Positions 41,343 through 51,145 of a stretch of 64,000 nucleotides of DNA are shown piece by piece. The notes below the pieces were generated by a model. It had not been told where the DNA came from. It saw only the letters and a program-made list of their open reading frames with translations, and ran no database searches. Within the stretch, counting starts at the first letter, position 1. Every line of letters starts with the position of its first letter. Where the stretch lies: positions 2,270,171-2,334,170 of the forward strand of contig JAWPMW010000001.1 in NCBI GenBank assembly GCA_033344735.1. The letters are read 5' to 3'. The stretch comes from Gammaproteobacteria bacterium. GTDB taxonomy: Bacteria > Pseudomonadota > Gammaproteobacteria > UBA4575. Made by a program: the position numbers and the translations under genes.

Positions 41343-41690
41343 TTAGGGTTTAATTTTTTCGATATCGACTTCCATGTGTTTTGACATAGGCATTCCAGTG
41401 CCTGCCGTGTCACTATCCATCAATTGACTTGATGGAGGACCATAAGGGATGAACAGCATGCCTTCCGGCAAGTCTGCAGCTTTTTTCCCGATACACGATA
41501 CGATGGTTTGACCTGTATCGTTACTGAGTCTTACTTGATCGCCATTTTCCAAGCCAAGACGTTTCATATCATCTTCATTCACTTCCAGGGTGGAAGTGAC
41601 TTCAATGTATTCTTCTTTTAGTTTGCCTTTATTTAACGAGGTGCCTTGTTTGCTCGATCGGCCGGGAACCAAAATCATCTTGTTTGTCAT
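41343..41690 (-). CDS. fwdD: Formylmethanofuran dehydrogenase subunit D-like (molybdopterin dinucleotide-binding cap domain)
   Basis: 115 aa; LVPGRSSKQGTSLNKGK...FIPYGPPSS...TAGTGMP parallels FwdD (LNTGRTIWQGEAIESGK...FIPMGPWAN...THSTGMP). Confidence 0.65.
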   Translation of the reverse strand: MTNKMILVPGRSSKQGTSLNKGKLKEEYIEVTSTLEVNEDDMKRLGLENGDQVRLSNDTGQTIVSCIGKKAADLPEGMLFIPYGPPSSQLMDSDTAGTGMPMSKHMEVDIEKIKP

Positions 41691-41824
41691 GCTGTAAAAT
41701 TCAAAATCCGTTTTGGATATTTATTAGTCTTAAACTAAATGCATGATTACCGTAAATACAGGCATAAAGCAAATTAATATAAATAGTCACTACAAGAAAA
41801 AATCAGCTAAAAATTATAATAACT

Positions 41825-41851
41825 ATATGAATATAATAGAAATATTCATAT
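41825..41851. promoter_or_regulatory. Perfect 10-bp inverted repeat (ATATGAATAT-N7-ATATTCATAT) in fwd operon upstream region
   Basis: Lies in the 240-bp AT-rich leader between radA and the fwdD-like gene, ~135-160 nt upstream of the fwdD-like start. Confidence 0.35.
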
Positions 41852-41929
41852 AAATTATTAAAAATAAAAACTAAACAAATATCTGGAGTGAATAATTTGC
41901 GTACAGAAACAATGCAATCTAAGTGGGTG

Positions 41930-43291
41930 CTATTTGTACTTATTGAGCGTTAAATCCACAGCATCAGCAAGACGTGAAACTGGGAAAATTTCTAATCCTT
42001 TAATGGGTTCTTTGGGAACATTGGAAGCAGGAATGATTGCCTGGGTAAATCCGTGTTTGGATGCTTCCCTGAGTCGTTCTTGTCCATTGGGAACTGGACG
42101 AATCTCTCCAGCTAATCCTACTTCACCAAAGACAACTAGCTCTCTAGGTAATATGAAGTCTCTAAAACTAGATAAAGCTGCTAGAAGTAAAGGCAAATCG
42201 GCAGCAGGCTCATTAACACGCACGCCTCCAACAACATTAACAAAGACGTCTTCATTATGAAGGGATACCGCTGCGTGTCTGTGGAGTACTGCTAACAGCA
42301 TAGATAGGCGATTTTGATCTATGCCCTGGGCTAGCCTGCGAGGATTATTGGAAGGATTGTCATCCACTAAAGACTGTACTTCGATCATTAGTGGACGCGT
42401 GCCTTCTCGCGTTACCATCACAACACTTCCTGCGGCGGGTTTTTGGTGATGCGATAAAAATAATGCTGATGGATTTTTTACACCTTTGAGCCCAGTTTCC
42501 TGCATCACAAACACGCCAAGTTCATTAACTGCGCCAAAGCGATTTTTAGTGGCACGTAATAAGCGGAAGCGATCACTACTGTCACCTTCAAAGTACAAAA
42601 CGGTATCAACCATATGTTCAAGCACGCGAGGTCCAGCCAACGTGCCTTCTTTGGTGACATGGCCAACAACAAATAATGTTGTATTAGTATTTTTTGCATA
42701 TTGAACAAGCTGACCGGCACATTCTCTTACTTGAGAAACGGATCCTGCTGCAGAGTTGAGCTGTTCACTGGCTAAGGTTTGAATTGAGTCAACTATTACA
42801 AGTTTGGGTTTTGATGCCTGTAGTGTTGATAGCACTTCTTCTAAGGAAACACTACTGAGCAAGCGAATATTGTCTTTATTTAAAGCTAAGCGTTCTGCGC
42901 GTAAAGAAATTTGTTGTGCTGATTCTTCGCCGCTAATATACAAAGTTTGGTATTGTTCTAAGGAGGCTAACATTTGTATAAGTAATGTTGACTTGCCTAT
43001 TCCAGGGCTTCCTCCTACCAAAACAACAGAACCATGAACAATACCCCCGCCAAGAACGCGATCAAGTTCACCAAGATTGGTTTGAATTCTAGGATCAGTA
43101 ATTGCGTCAACTTCTGCAAGCGGAATAACTTTGCTGCTAGTTTTAGGTGTAATGGATCTAACTTTGCCGCTAGTTTGAATAGTGCGAGTTTCTTCCAGCG
43201 TATTCCATGCATTACATTCAGGGCACTGTCCGCTCCATTTGTTAAACGCATGCCCGCAGGCATCACATTGATATTGTGTGGCTTTACTCAT
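41930..43291 (-). CDS. radA: DNA repair protein RadA (Sms)
   Basis: N-terminal C4 zinc finger (CDACGHAFNKWSGQCPEC); RecA-like ATPase GSPGIGKST; Lon-like C-terminal domain. Confidence 0.9.
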   Translation of the reverse strand: MSKATQYQCDACGHAFNKWSGQCPECNAWNTLEETRTIQTSGKVRSITPKTSSKVIPLAEVDAITDPRIQTNLGELDRVLGGGIVHGSVVLVGGSPGIGKSTLLIQMLASLEQYQTLYISGEESAQQISLRAERLALNKDNIRLLSSVSLEEVLSTLQASKPKLVIVDSIQTLASEQLNSAAGSVSQVRECAGQLVQYAKNTNTTLFVVGHVTKEGTLAGPRVLEHMVDTVLYFEGDSSDRFRLLRATKNRFGAVNELGVFVMQETGLKGVKNPSALFLSHHQKPAAGSVVMVTREGTRPLMIEVQSLVDDNPSNNPRRLAQGIDQNRLSMLLAVLHRHAAVSLHNEDVFVNVVGGVRVNEPAADLPLLLAALSSFRDFILPRELVVFGEVGLAGEIRPVPNGQERLREASKHGFTQAIIPASNVPKEPIKGLEIFPVSRLADAVDLTLNKYK

Positions 43292-43366
43292 TGAAGTGCT
43301 GCTGTTAGATATAGTGTGGAGAGTGTGTCGTTATGCGCACAAAAAATCAATTTCAGTGGGTATAAA

Positions 43367-44638
43367 TCATTCTACCTCTTGGGTGACTTTGGGTTGAATG
43401 CGCACTGTGCGTATAGAATTATTTAGTATGCGAATAATCTCAATTGGATGTCCGTCTATTAATACAGAAGTTCCTGTCTCCGGGATGGTTTCTAAATGTT
43501 CAAGTACAAGACCATTTATTGTGCGTGGACCTTCTTCCTGTAATTCCCATTTAAGTGCTTTATTTATATCACGTACGTGAGTGCTGCCATCAATGACATA
43601 ACTACCATCTTCCTGGGGATGAATGTCGGTTGTTAGTGTGGCGGGATCATTTGTGAATTCTCCAACAATTTCTTCAAGTAAATCTTCAAGAGTGACTAAG
43701 CCCTGGATGTCGCCGTATTCATCAACTACTAATCCGATACGTCTTTTTTCTCTTTGAAAATTTAGCAATTGCTTATTTAGACTAGTACCCTCTGGGATAA
43801 AGTAAGGTTCTCTAACATTGGTTTTGAGTTCATCTAGAGAAATTTCATTTTCTACAATACGTGAGAAGATTTTACGTAAATGTAAAAAGCCAATAATCTT
43901 GTCAAGATTTTCGTGATAAATCGGCATGCGAGTAAATGGTGCATTAGAAATTTGTGATCGGATATCTTCCCAGTCACTGTCAATATCAACACCGATAACC
44001 TCATTACGCGGAATCATAATATCTTCAACGGTGATTGATTCTAAATCTAAAATACCAATCAACATGTTTTGGTGGGTGCGAGGAATTAATCCTCCGGCTT
44101 CTTGTACTACTGTGCGAAGTTCATCTCGGCTAAGTGAGCTAAGTCCGGTTTCTGTTAAGTTCACACCACAAAGTTTAAGTAACGTATTTGCAATTGCATT
44201 AATTAATAAAACGATCGGGTAGGTAATATATTGCAGGGGTGTATAAATATATGAGGCCGGGAATGCAAATTTCTCTGGATGCATTGCTGCCAATGTTTTT
44301 GGTGTTACTTCTGCAAAAATTAGTACCGAGATAATAAATAGTATGGTGGCAGAAAAAACACCGACATCACCATATAAACGATAACCAATATATGCAGCTA
44401 ATGGGGACGCTAAAAGATTAACAACATTATTGCCGAGAAGGATGAGCCCAATCAGGCGGTCGGGTTTTTCAAGAAGGTTTTGTGCGAGCCGCGCGCCACG
44501 ATGGCCTTTGTTTGCGAGATGGCGCAGGCGGTAACGGTTTAAAGCCATTAAGGCAGTTTCTGAGCCAGAAAAAAACGCAGAAAGAAATAGCAGTACTCCG
44601 AGAACTATCAGTAGAGTACTTATCGAATAATCGTCCAA
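43367..44638 (-). CDS. HlyC/CorC-family transporter (DUF21-CBS pair-CorC_HlyC)
   Basis: 423 aa; N-terminal 4 TM DUF21; CBS pair; C-terminal transporter-associated domain. Confidence 0.8.
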   Translation of the reverse strand: MDDYSISTLLIVLGVLLFLSAFFSGSETALMALNRYRLRHLANKGHRGARLAQNLLEKPDRLIGLILLGNNVVNLLASPLAAYIGYRLYGDVGVFSATILFIISVLIFAEVTPKTLAAMHPEKFAFPASYIYTPLQYITYPIVLLINAIANTLLKLCGVNLTETGLSSLSRDELRTVVQEAGGLIPRTHQNMLIGILDLESITVEDIMIPRNEVIGVDIDSDWEDIRSQISNAPFTRMPIYHENLDKIIGFLHLRKIFSRIVENEISLDELKTNVREPYFIPEGTSLNKQLLNFQREKRRIGLVVDEYGDIQGLVTLEDLLEEIVGEFTNDPATLTTDIHPQEDGSYVIDGSTHVRDINKALKWELQEEGPRTINGLVLEHLETIPETGTSVLIDGHPIEIIRILNNSIRTVRIQPKVTQEVE

Positions 44639-44729
44639 GAGCTTTTGAGCTCCCCCAGGTAGTCAAACACAGTTCCGTTTTACGGAAACTAGTTGAGGGT
44701 TGTCAAGAGTGAAGGGTTAGATTGCCTAT

Positions 44730-45518
44730 TTAAAGGACTAATTCTAAGACGAACTTACTTCCAAAATAGGCAAGTATTAAAAACGTGAATCCTGATAAGG
44801 ACCAGCGAATAGCAGTGGTACCCCGCCATCCAAATTGCATTCTGCCCCAAAGGAGAATAACGAAGACAAGCCAGGCAAGGGACGATAATGCAGTCTTATG
44901 TGCCAGATGTTGAGCAAAAATATCTTCTAGGTAAATAAAGCCAGTGATTAGTGCGACTGTGAGAACGGCAACGCCCAAGCTTATCGATTGAAATAATAAG
45001 GTTTCACTTTCATGTAACGAGGGAAGTGCTCGTAAAATACCGGTGTTGCTGTGGCCTCGCAACACTCTATCCTGGAAAAATAATAATATGGCTTGCACAG
45101 CTGCTAAGCCTAAAATACTGAATGCAATTATTGATGTGATTATATGAGCTTGTATACCTGGACTTAAGCTAACTTGTGAGCCAGGTTTGAAGAATAATAT
45201 ATTCAGCACGATACATAAAAAGGTCACAGGTAATACAATCAGACCTAGATGCTCCACGTGCTTAAATAGGCTTGTAAAATATAATATTGCGCAAATGACA
45301 AATGCAGCGATGAATAAAGAATTATAGAAGTAGAAATTTATTCCATTTTCAGTGAAAAGACGTGACCAAACCATCAGGGTCATCGCAGCCATGGTCAGCG
45401 TCCAAGGAGCGATAAATTTAAAGCGAGTAGACTCATGCCCACTTGCTTGAGTTTGCATGTGGTACCAAATAGCCCCAGAAGTGATGGCACAAAGTATTGC
45501 TGATATGAATCCAATCAT
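44730..45518 (-). CDS. ypjD: Inner membrane protein YpjD (CcsA-like cytochrome c assembly family)
   Basis: 262 aa, 8 TM helices; divergent upstream of ffh as in E. coli ypjD-ffh. Confidence 0.6.
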   Translation of the reverse strand: MIGFISAILCAITSGAIWYHMQTQASGHESTRFKFIAPWTLTMAAMTLMVWSRLFTENGINFYFYNSLFIAAFVICAILYFTSLFKHVEHLGLIVLPVTFLCIVLNILFFKPGSQVSLSPGIQAHIITSIIAFSILGLAAVQAILLFFQDRVLRGHSNTGILRALPSLHESETLLFQSISLGVAVLTVALITGFIYLEDIFAQHLAHKTALSSLAWLVFVILLWGRMQFGWRGTTAIRWSLSGFTFLILAYFGSKFVLELVL

Positions 45519-45702
45519 TATTGAGATATTAATTAGCCCTGAATACGCTTCGTGTCAATCGAATTATAGTTCGATTACTGATTTAGATGAATTATCTGAA
45601 GGAATTCAGTGCATTGCGATGGATTAGACATTTCGTCTAAAACGCCGATGCTAGCATCAGCATGCATTAAAATGATCATTAAAATAATATTATAATAGCC
45701 CT

Positions 45703-46476
45703 ATGAAAATAAATGTTTTGGGTTGTAGCGGTGGGATTGGCAGCGGATTGCGTACAACGGCATTGCGCGTTGACATGAACACATTGCTTGACTGTGGTAC
45801 TGGCGTGGGCGACTTGCCATTAGATGACTTATTTCAAATTAAACATGTATTTATCACTCATAGTCATTTAGACCATGTTGCTGGGTTGCCTCTACTAGTT
45901 GACACTATTTACGAGAGTTTAATTAATGAACCGTTAACAGTTCATTGCCAGTTAGAAACTTACCAAGTATTAATGGATCATATCTTTAACTGGAAAATAT
46001 GGCCTAATTTCTTCTGTCTGCCAAACGATGAAAATCCTGTGGTACGTTTTGCACCCATGCAGCCTGGAAAGGATGTGATTATTGATGACAAAACATTCTC
46101 CATGGTTGAAGTTGAACACACTGTGCCTGCGGTAGGTTATATGGTTCAAGACTCAAGCACAGGTAGCAGCTTTGCTTTTAGCGGCGATACTGCTTCAGCA
46201 CCAAAATTATGGAATATGCTTAATCAGCAAAACAAGGTCGATTTGCTGATTGTGGAGTGCGCATTCGCTGATGAGCGATCTGAAATAGCCAATCAGGCCA
46301 AGCATTTTTCTCCACAGTCATTAGCTCGCGAGTTGACTTCGTTAACACATCAGCTGCAGGTGTGTGTCTCGCATTTACAGCCTGGAGAAGAAGAAAAAAT
46401 CATGCAAGAATTACGTCTAGCCATGCCGGAAAGGGACATAAGGTCAATTGTCAGCGGCGATATTCTTGTTCTATAG
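45703..46476 (+). CDS. MBL-fold metallohydrolase, class II 3',5'-cyclic-nucleotide phosphodiesterase-like
   Basis: HSHLDHVAGLP (HxHLDHxxG class II PDE signature); 257 aa. Confidence 0.55.
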   Translation: MKINVLGCSGGIGSGLRTTALRVDMNTLLDCGTGVGDLPLDDLFQIKHVFITHSHLDHVAGLPLLVDTIYESLINEPLTVHCQLETYQVLMDHIFNWKIWPNFFCLPNDENPVVRFAPMQPGKDVIIDDKTFSMVEVEHTVPAVGYMVQDSSTGSSFAFSGDTASAPKLWNMLNQQNKVDLLIVECAFADERSEIANQAKHFSPQSLARELTSLTHQLQVCVSHLQPGEEEKIMQELRLAMPERDIRSIVSGDILVL

Positions 46477-46606
46477 CTTCATCCATAACCTTTGAGTGAA
46501 CCTGGTTTAATAAACAATCAGTCGATTGCTTAGTTTTCCATAGATCGTTAATTGCTAAGCCGTTAAACTAAGGTCTTAGATTAAGATTCAATATAAGCGA
46601 GTAAAC

Positions 46607-47968
46607 ATGTTTGATAATTTAACCAAGCGTCTTTCCGATACGGTTGGAAAGCTGCGCGGTCAAGCACGATTAACAGAAGATAATATCCAAGAAGCTTTAC
46701 GCGAAGTGCGTATGGCGCTGTTGGAAGCTGATGTAGCTTTGCCAGTAGTAAAAACATTTATTGAGCGTGTACGTACAGCTGCAGTAGGAAAAGAGGTGAT
46801 TGAAAACATCACTCCTGGTCAAGCGTTTATTAAAGTTGTTCAAGATCAATTAGTTCATCTGATGGGTGATGCCAATGAAGGTTTACAGCTTAATACACAA
46901 CCCCCGGCCATCGTACTAGTTGCAGGTTTACAAGGCGCAGGTAAAACCACCACCATTGCTAAATTGGCTAAGCGTCTCACGGATACAGAAAAGAAGAAAA
47001 TTAGCGTCGTCAGTTGTGACGTTTATCGCCCTGCAGCAATAAAACAATTAGAAACGCTCGCTAATCAAGTAGGCGTACACTTTTTTCCTAGTGAAGTTGA
47101 ACAGACTCCTCTGACAATTGCGAAAAATGCGATTAGTCACGCTGAAACTAATCATGTTGATATTTTGTTTGTCGATACTGCAGGCCGTTTGCATGTTGAC
47201 AATGAAATGATGGAAGAGATTAAAGCTCTTCATAGTGCCGTTAACCCTGTGGAAACATTGTTTGTAGTCGATAGTATGAGTGGCCAAGATGCAGCATTGT
47301 CTGCGCAAGCATTTAATGACGCGCTACCTTTAACGGGTGTCATTCTGACTAAAACTGATGGTGACGCACGAGGTGGTGCTGCACTATCAGTGAGAGAAAT
47401 TACAGGGAAGCCAATAAAGTTCTTAGGGACTGGAGAAAAAGTTGATGGTTTAGAACCTTTTCATCCCGATCGAGTTGCCTCAAGAATTCTAGGTATGGGC
47501 GATGTGGTGTCCTTGGTTGAAGAGGCGCAGCAAAAAGTTGATCATCAAGAAGCGGGTCGATTAGCTAAGAAACTCAAAAGCGGTAAGGGATTTAGTCTTA
47601 ATGATTTACGCTCTCAGTTGGTACAAATGCAGAATATGGGCGGGGTAAATAGCTTGATTGATAAACTCCCTGGTGCTGGCAATATTTCTGAGGCGATGAA
47701 ATCGCAAGCCAGCGATAAGTCAGTGATTCATATGGTGGCGATGATTGACTCAATGACACGAAAAGAACGTCGATTCCCGGATATTATCAAAGCCACGCGT
47801 AAACAGCGCATCGCAGCTGGCTCAGGGATGCAAGTCCAAGATGTTAACAGGCTGCTGAAACAATATACTCAAATGCGCAAAATGATGAAAAAAATCTCGA
47901 AGAAAGGCGGCATGAAAAATATGATGCGAGCCATGCAAGGGAAAATGCCACCAAATATGCCGATGTAG
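46607..47968 (+). CDS. ffh: Signal recognition particle protein Ffh
   Basis: N domain, G domain (GLQGAGKTTT), Met-rich M domain at the C-terminus. Confidence 0.95.
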   Translation: MFDNLTKRLSDTVGKLRGQARLTEDNIQEALREVRMALLEADVALPVVKTFIERVRTAAVGKEVIENITPGQAFIKVVQDQLVHLMGDANEGLQLNTQPPAIVLVAGLQGAGKTTTIAKLAKRLTDTEKKKISVVSCDVYRPAAIKQLETLANQVGVHFFPSEVEQTPLTIAKNAISHAETNHVDILFVDTAGRLHVDNEMMEEIKALHSAVNPVETLFVVDSMSGQDAALSAQAFNDALPLTGVILTKTDGDARGGAALSVREITGKPIKFLGTGEKVDGLEPFHPDRVASRILGMGDVVSLVEEAQQKVDHQEAGRLAKKLKSGKGFSLNDLRSQLVQMQNMGGVNSLIDKLPGAGNISEAMKSQASDKSVIHMVAMIDSMTRKERRFPDIIKATRKQRIAAGSGMQVQDVNRLLKQYTQMRKMMKKISKKGGMKNMMRAMQGKMPPNMPM

Positions 47969-48080
47969 GTAGGATAATTGGATGAATTTTAGCTTTAAAT
48001 TTCCTGTAAATTCCGTACAATGCGCGGTTCGCCGCCGTCGGAAGCGGTTCGATAAACACAGCTGAGAATAAGCAAATAAT

Positions 48081-48329
48081 ATGGTTAGTATAAGATTAGC
48101 TCGAGGTGGCGCTAAAAAGCGTCCTTTTTATCACATTGTTGTGACAGACTCTCGTAAGCGCAGAGATAGTGGATATATTGAGAGACTTGGATATTTCAAT
48201 CCGCGAGCAACTGGGCAAGAAGTCCGATTACATGTAGATATGGAGCGCGTAAACTATTGGCAGGGTGTTGGTGCAAAGTCATCTGAGCGCGTTGAGACAC
48301 TTTTAAAGGGTGCAGATTCAGCAGCCTAA
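48081..48329 (+). CDS. rpsP: 30S ribosomal protein S16
   Basis: [22 protein letters not shown]-terminus. Confidence 0.95.
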   Translation: MVSIRLARGGAKKRPFYHIVVTDSRKRRDSGYIERLGYFNPRATGQEVRLHVDMERVNYWQGVGAKSSERVETLLKGADSAA

Positions 48330-48379
48330 CAAGATAGCTGAGAGTTATTTAGCATGAGCAACCATCGGTCGTCTCACGC

Positions 48380-48889
48380 TTGAAACAAAAAGAAAAAGTT
48401 TTATTAGGCCTAATTAATGGCCTGTTTGGCGTTAAAGGTTGGGTCAAAGTGTATTCCTACACAAGGCCACGAGCCAAAATTGTTGAATATAAGCACTGGT
48501 ATTTGGGTGAAAATTTTGATCAACCAATACGAGTACAACAAGGTCGCTCGCAGAAGGGTGGAGTTGTTGCGAAGCTAGAAGGAATAGATGATCGTGAAGC
48601 AGCAGTCGAACTTCTAGATAATGAAATCTGGGTGGCTGGAGACCAGTTGCCTTCGCTGCCAAAAAATGAGTATTACTGGTATCAGCTAATTGGCCTTGAG
48701 GTACTGGGGAAAGATAATAAGCTTCTAGGTTCGATTAAAGGTCTGATTGAAACAGGGGCTAATGATGTCATGGTGGTAAGTGGTAAAGACAAGATTGAGC
48801 ACTTAATTCCATACATTCAAGGGCAGGTGATAAAGTCCATCGATTTAGAGCAGAAGCGCATGGTGGTAGATTGGAATACTGATTTTTAA
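48380..48889 (+). CDS. rimM: Ribosome maturation factor RimM
   Basis: Conserved rpsP-rimM-trmD-rplS operon; PRC-barrel family. Confidence 0.85.
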   Translation: MKQKEKVLLGLINGLFGVKGWVKVYSYTRPRAKIVEYKHWYLGENFDQPIRVQQGRSQKGGVVAKLEGIDDREAAVELLDNEIWVAGDQLPSLPKNEYYWYQLIGLEVLGKDNKLLGSIKGLIETGANDVMVVSGKDKIEHLIPYIQGQVIKSIDLEQKRMVVDWNTDF

Positions 48890-48931
48890 TCAAATAATCT
48901 CAATTTAGCATCAATTTAACAGGGGCAAGAC

Positions 48932-49690
48932 ATGCGAATTGATGTCATTACATTGTTCCCCGAGCTGGTGTCGACCATGCTAGACCACGGAGTTGTGGGG
49001 CGAGCATTGCGAGCCAAGCAGGTAGATTTAGAGTTAACCAATCCTCGAGATTTTGCAGACGATGCAAATAATCGAGTAGATGATCGTCCTTACGGGGGTG
49101 GTCCTGGGATGGTGTTGCAGTATGCTCCATTATCCAAAGCGCTAGAGCATGTGAAATCCCAGTTGGATTCCAGTGTGAAAGCCAGAGTTGTATATTTAAG
49201 TCCTCAGGGGCAAAGACTAAATCAAACAGCGGTAAGACGTTTAAGTCAAAGCGAAAATTTGGTTTTAATGTGTGGGCGCTACGAAGGCATCGATGAACGT
49301 TTTATCGAAGCTAATATAGATGAGGAATTGTCGATCGGCGATTATGTCATTAGCGGTGGAGAACTTGCCGCAATGGTATTAATTGATGCCATGGTGCGAA
49401 CGCTTCCGGGAGTGCTGGGAGATGATCAATCCGCTGAGCAAGAATCATTTGAGCACGGACTATTGGATTGTCCGCACTACACTAGACCAGAAAGTATTGA
49501 TGGCAGTAAAGTGCCAGAAGAATTACTAAGTGGTGATCATAGTAAGATTGCAACTTGGAGATTAAAACAAGCGTTAGGACGAACTTATTTACGCCGTCCT
49601 GACATGATTGAGCAGCAACACTTGAGTGATCAAGAACAGCAACTATTAAAAGAATATTTAGTTGAAGTAAAAGCGAAAAACGAGAGATAA
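48932..49690 (+). CDS. trmD: tRNA (guanine37-N1)-methyltransferase
   Basis: [12 protein letters not shown]-terminus, SPOUT fold motifs. Confidence 0.95.
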   Translation: MRIDVITLFPELVSTMLDHGVVGRALRAKQVDLELTNPRDFADDANNRVDDRPYGGGPGMVLQYAPLSKALEHVKSQLDSSVKARVVYLSPQGQRLNQTAVRRLSQSENLVLMCGRYEGIDERFIEANIDEELSIGDYVISGGELAAMVLIDAMVRTLPGVLGDDQSAEQESFEHGLLDCPHYTRPESIDGSKVPEELLSGDHSKIATWRLKQALGRTYLRRPDMIEQQHLSDQEQQLLKEYLVEVKAKNER

Positions 49691-49694
49691 AGCC

Positions 49695-50042
49695 ATGAGC
49701 AATATAATTAGTGAATTAGAAGCAGAACAACTTAAAACAGGATTCCCTGAGTTTTCTGCAGGTGACACCATTGTTGTACAGGTGAGAGTTAAAGAAGGCG
49801 ATCGTGAGCGTCTACAGGCATTTGAAGGTGTTGTTATTGCTAAGAGAAATCGTGGAATTAACTCTGCATTTACTGTCAGAAAAATTTCTCACGGTGAAGG
49901 TGTAGAAAGAGTATTTCAAACCCACAGCCCATTGATTGCATCGGTCGAAGTTAAACGCCGCGGTGATGTGCGTCGTGCAAAACTATATTACTTGCGCGGA
50001 TTGACAGGTAGGGCTGCAAGAATTAAAGAAAAGCTTGGTTAA
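49695..50042 (+). CDS. rplS: 50S ribosomal protein L19
   Basis: 115 aa; FxxGDxxxV and the RVFQTHSP region of L19. Confidence 0.95.
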   Translation: MSNIISELEAEQLKTGFPEFSAGDTIVVQVRVKEGDRERLQAFEGVVIAKRNRGINSAFTVRKISHGEGVERVFQTHSPLIASVEVKRRGDVRRAKLYYLRGLTGRAARIKEKLG

Positions 50043-50069
50043 CATAGAAAGATGTTTCGATAGTTAAAT

Positions 50070-50103
50070 AAACGCCTCATTTAATATGGGGCGTTTGTTA
50101 TTT
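50070..50103 (+). terminator. Putative rho-independent terminator after rplS
   Basis: AAACGCCTC-loop-GGGGCGTTT hairpin followed by a T-rich tail. Confidence 0.5.
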
Positions 50104-50116
50104 GGGAGGCTAATAA

Positions 50117-50614
50117 ATGACAAAAAATTCCTTCGATTACATTCTGCCATCTCCGATAGGTTCGCTAGGGTTAAATATTTCAGTGAATGGAATACAACGT
50201 CTGTTCTATATTAAAACAAAGCAAGAATCATATATCCCTACCGGTGGATTTGCGGCAAAAGTGCATCAGCAAATCATGGAATATTTTGAGTTGCAAAGAA
50301 CTGAGTTTGATTTGCCTGTCGATATTCAAGGTACAGCTTATCAAAATCGAGTATGGAATGAAGTGGCTAAAATTCCATATGGAGAATCATTAACTTATGG
50401 CGACATTGCTAAGGTGATCAATAGTGGTCCGCGTGCAGTTGGTAATGCTTGCCGTCATAATCCAGTCCCTATAATTATTCCCTGTCATCGTGTTGTGAGG
50501 AAGGGTGGTATTGGTGGCTACTGTGGCAGCGTTATGGGTAAACAGGTTCAGCAAAAAGACTGGTTGTTAAGGCATGAGATAGGTACGCCAGTAACTAGTG
50601 AGATTTTTGTATAA
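50117..50614 (+). CDS. ogt: Methylated-DNA--protein-cysteine methyltransferase
   Basis: IPCHRVV active-site motif; 165 aa. Confidence 0.85.
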   Translation: MTKNSFDYILPSPIGSLGLNISVNGIQRLFYIKTKQESYIPTGGFAAKVHQQIMEYFELQRTEFDLPVDIQGTAYQNRVWNEVAKIPYGESLTYGDIAKVINSGPRAVGNACRHNPVPIIIPCHRVVRKGGIGGYCGSVMGKQVQQKDWLLRHEIGTPVTSEIFV

Positions 50615-50628
50615 ATATAGGAGATTGT

Positions 50629-51063
50629 ATGGCATTACATAAAATAACTTGGCAAGGTGTATTGGTTCGCTTTTTAGTGGCGCTCGCATTAGTATTTTGC
50701 ACTTACAACCCTCACGGTTGGTCTTATTTTGATTGGTTGCAATCATATTTAAATCCTGTGGGTGACGATACTACTAGTCTGCCATTGCTATTGTTAGCAG
50801 GGATTGTCTTGCTAATTGTTTGGACAATATATATTCGCGCAACGATGCGATCGCTAGGTATGTTTGGATTACTTCTGGCGGCTGCATTTTTTGGTGTGCT
50901 TCTTTGGTTGGCAATCGATTTTATTCCATCGTTGACCGATGATATGAAAATTCTAATCGATCTAGTGCTTGTAGTGTTAGCAGGAATTTTGGCAACAGGA
51001 ATTACCTGGTCGCATATCCGTAGAAGAGTCACCGGCCAAGCTGATGTGGATGATGTTGAGTAG
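50629..51063 (+). CDS. Hypothetical inner membrane protein (4 TM)
   Basis: 144 aa, four hydrophobic helices; no recognisable family. Confidence 0.5.
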   Translation: MALHKITWQGVLVRFLVALALVFCTYNPHGWSYFDWLQSYLNPVGDDTTSLPLLLLAGIVLLIVWTIYIRATMRSLGMFGLLLAAAFFGVLLWLAIDFIPSLTDDMKILIDLVLVVLAGILATGITWSHIRRRVTGQADVDDVE

Positions 51064-51145
51064 AAAATATATCTACAGCTGTTGAATTTAAGGTGATTCG
51101 TCACTATTTATAAAGTTATCGAATATTAATTGGAGTTAAGCAGTA

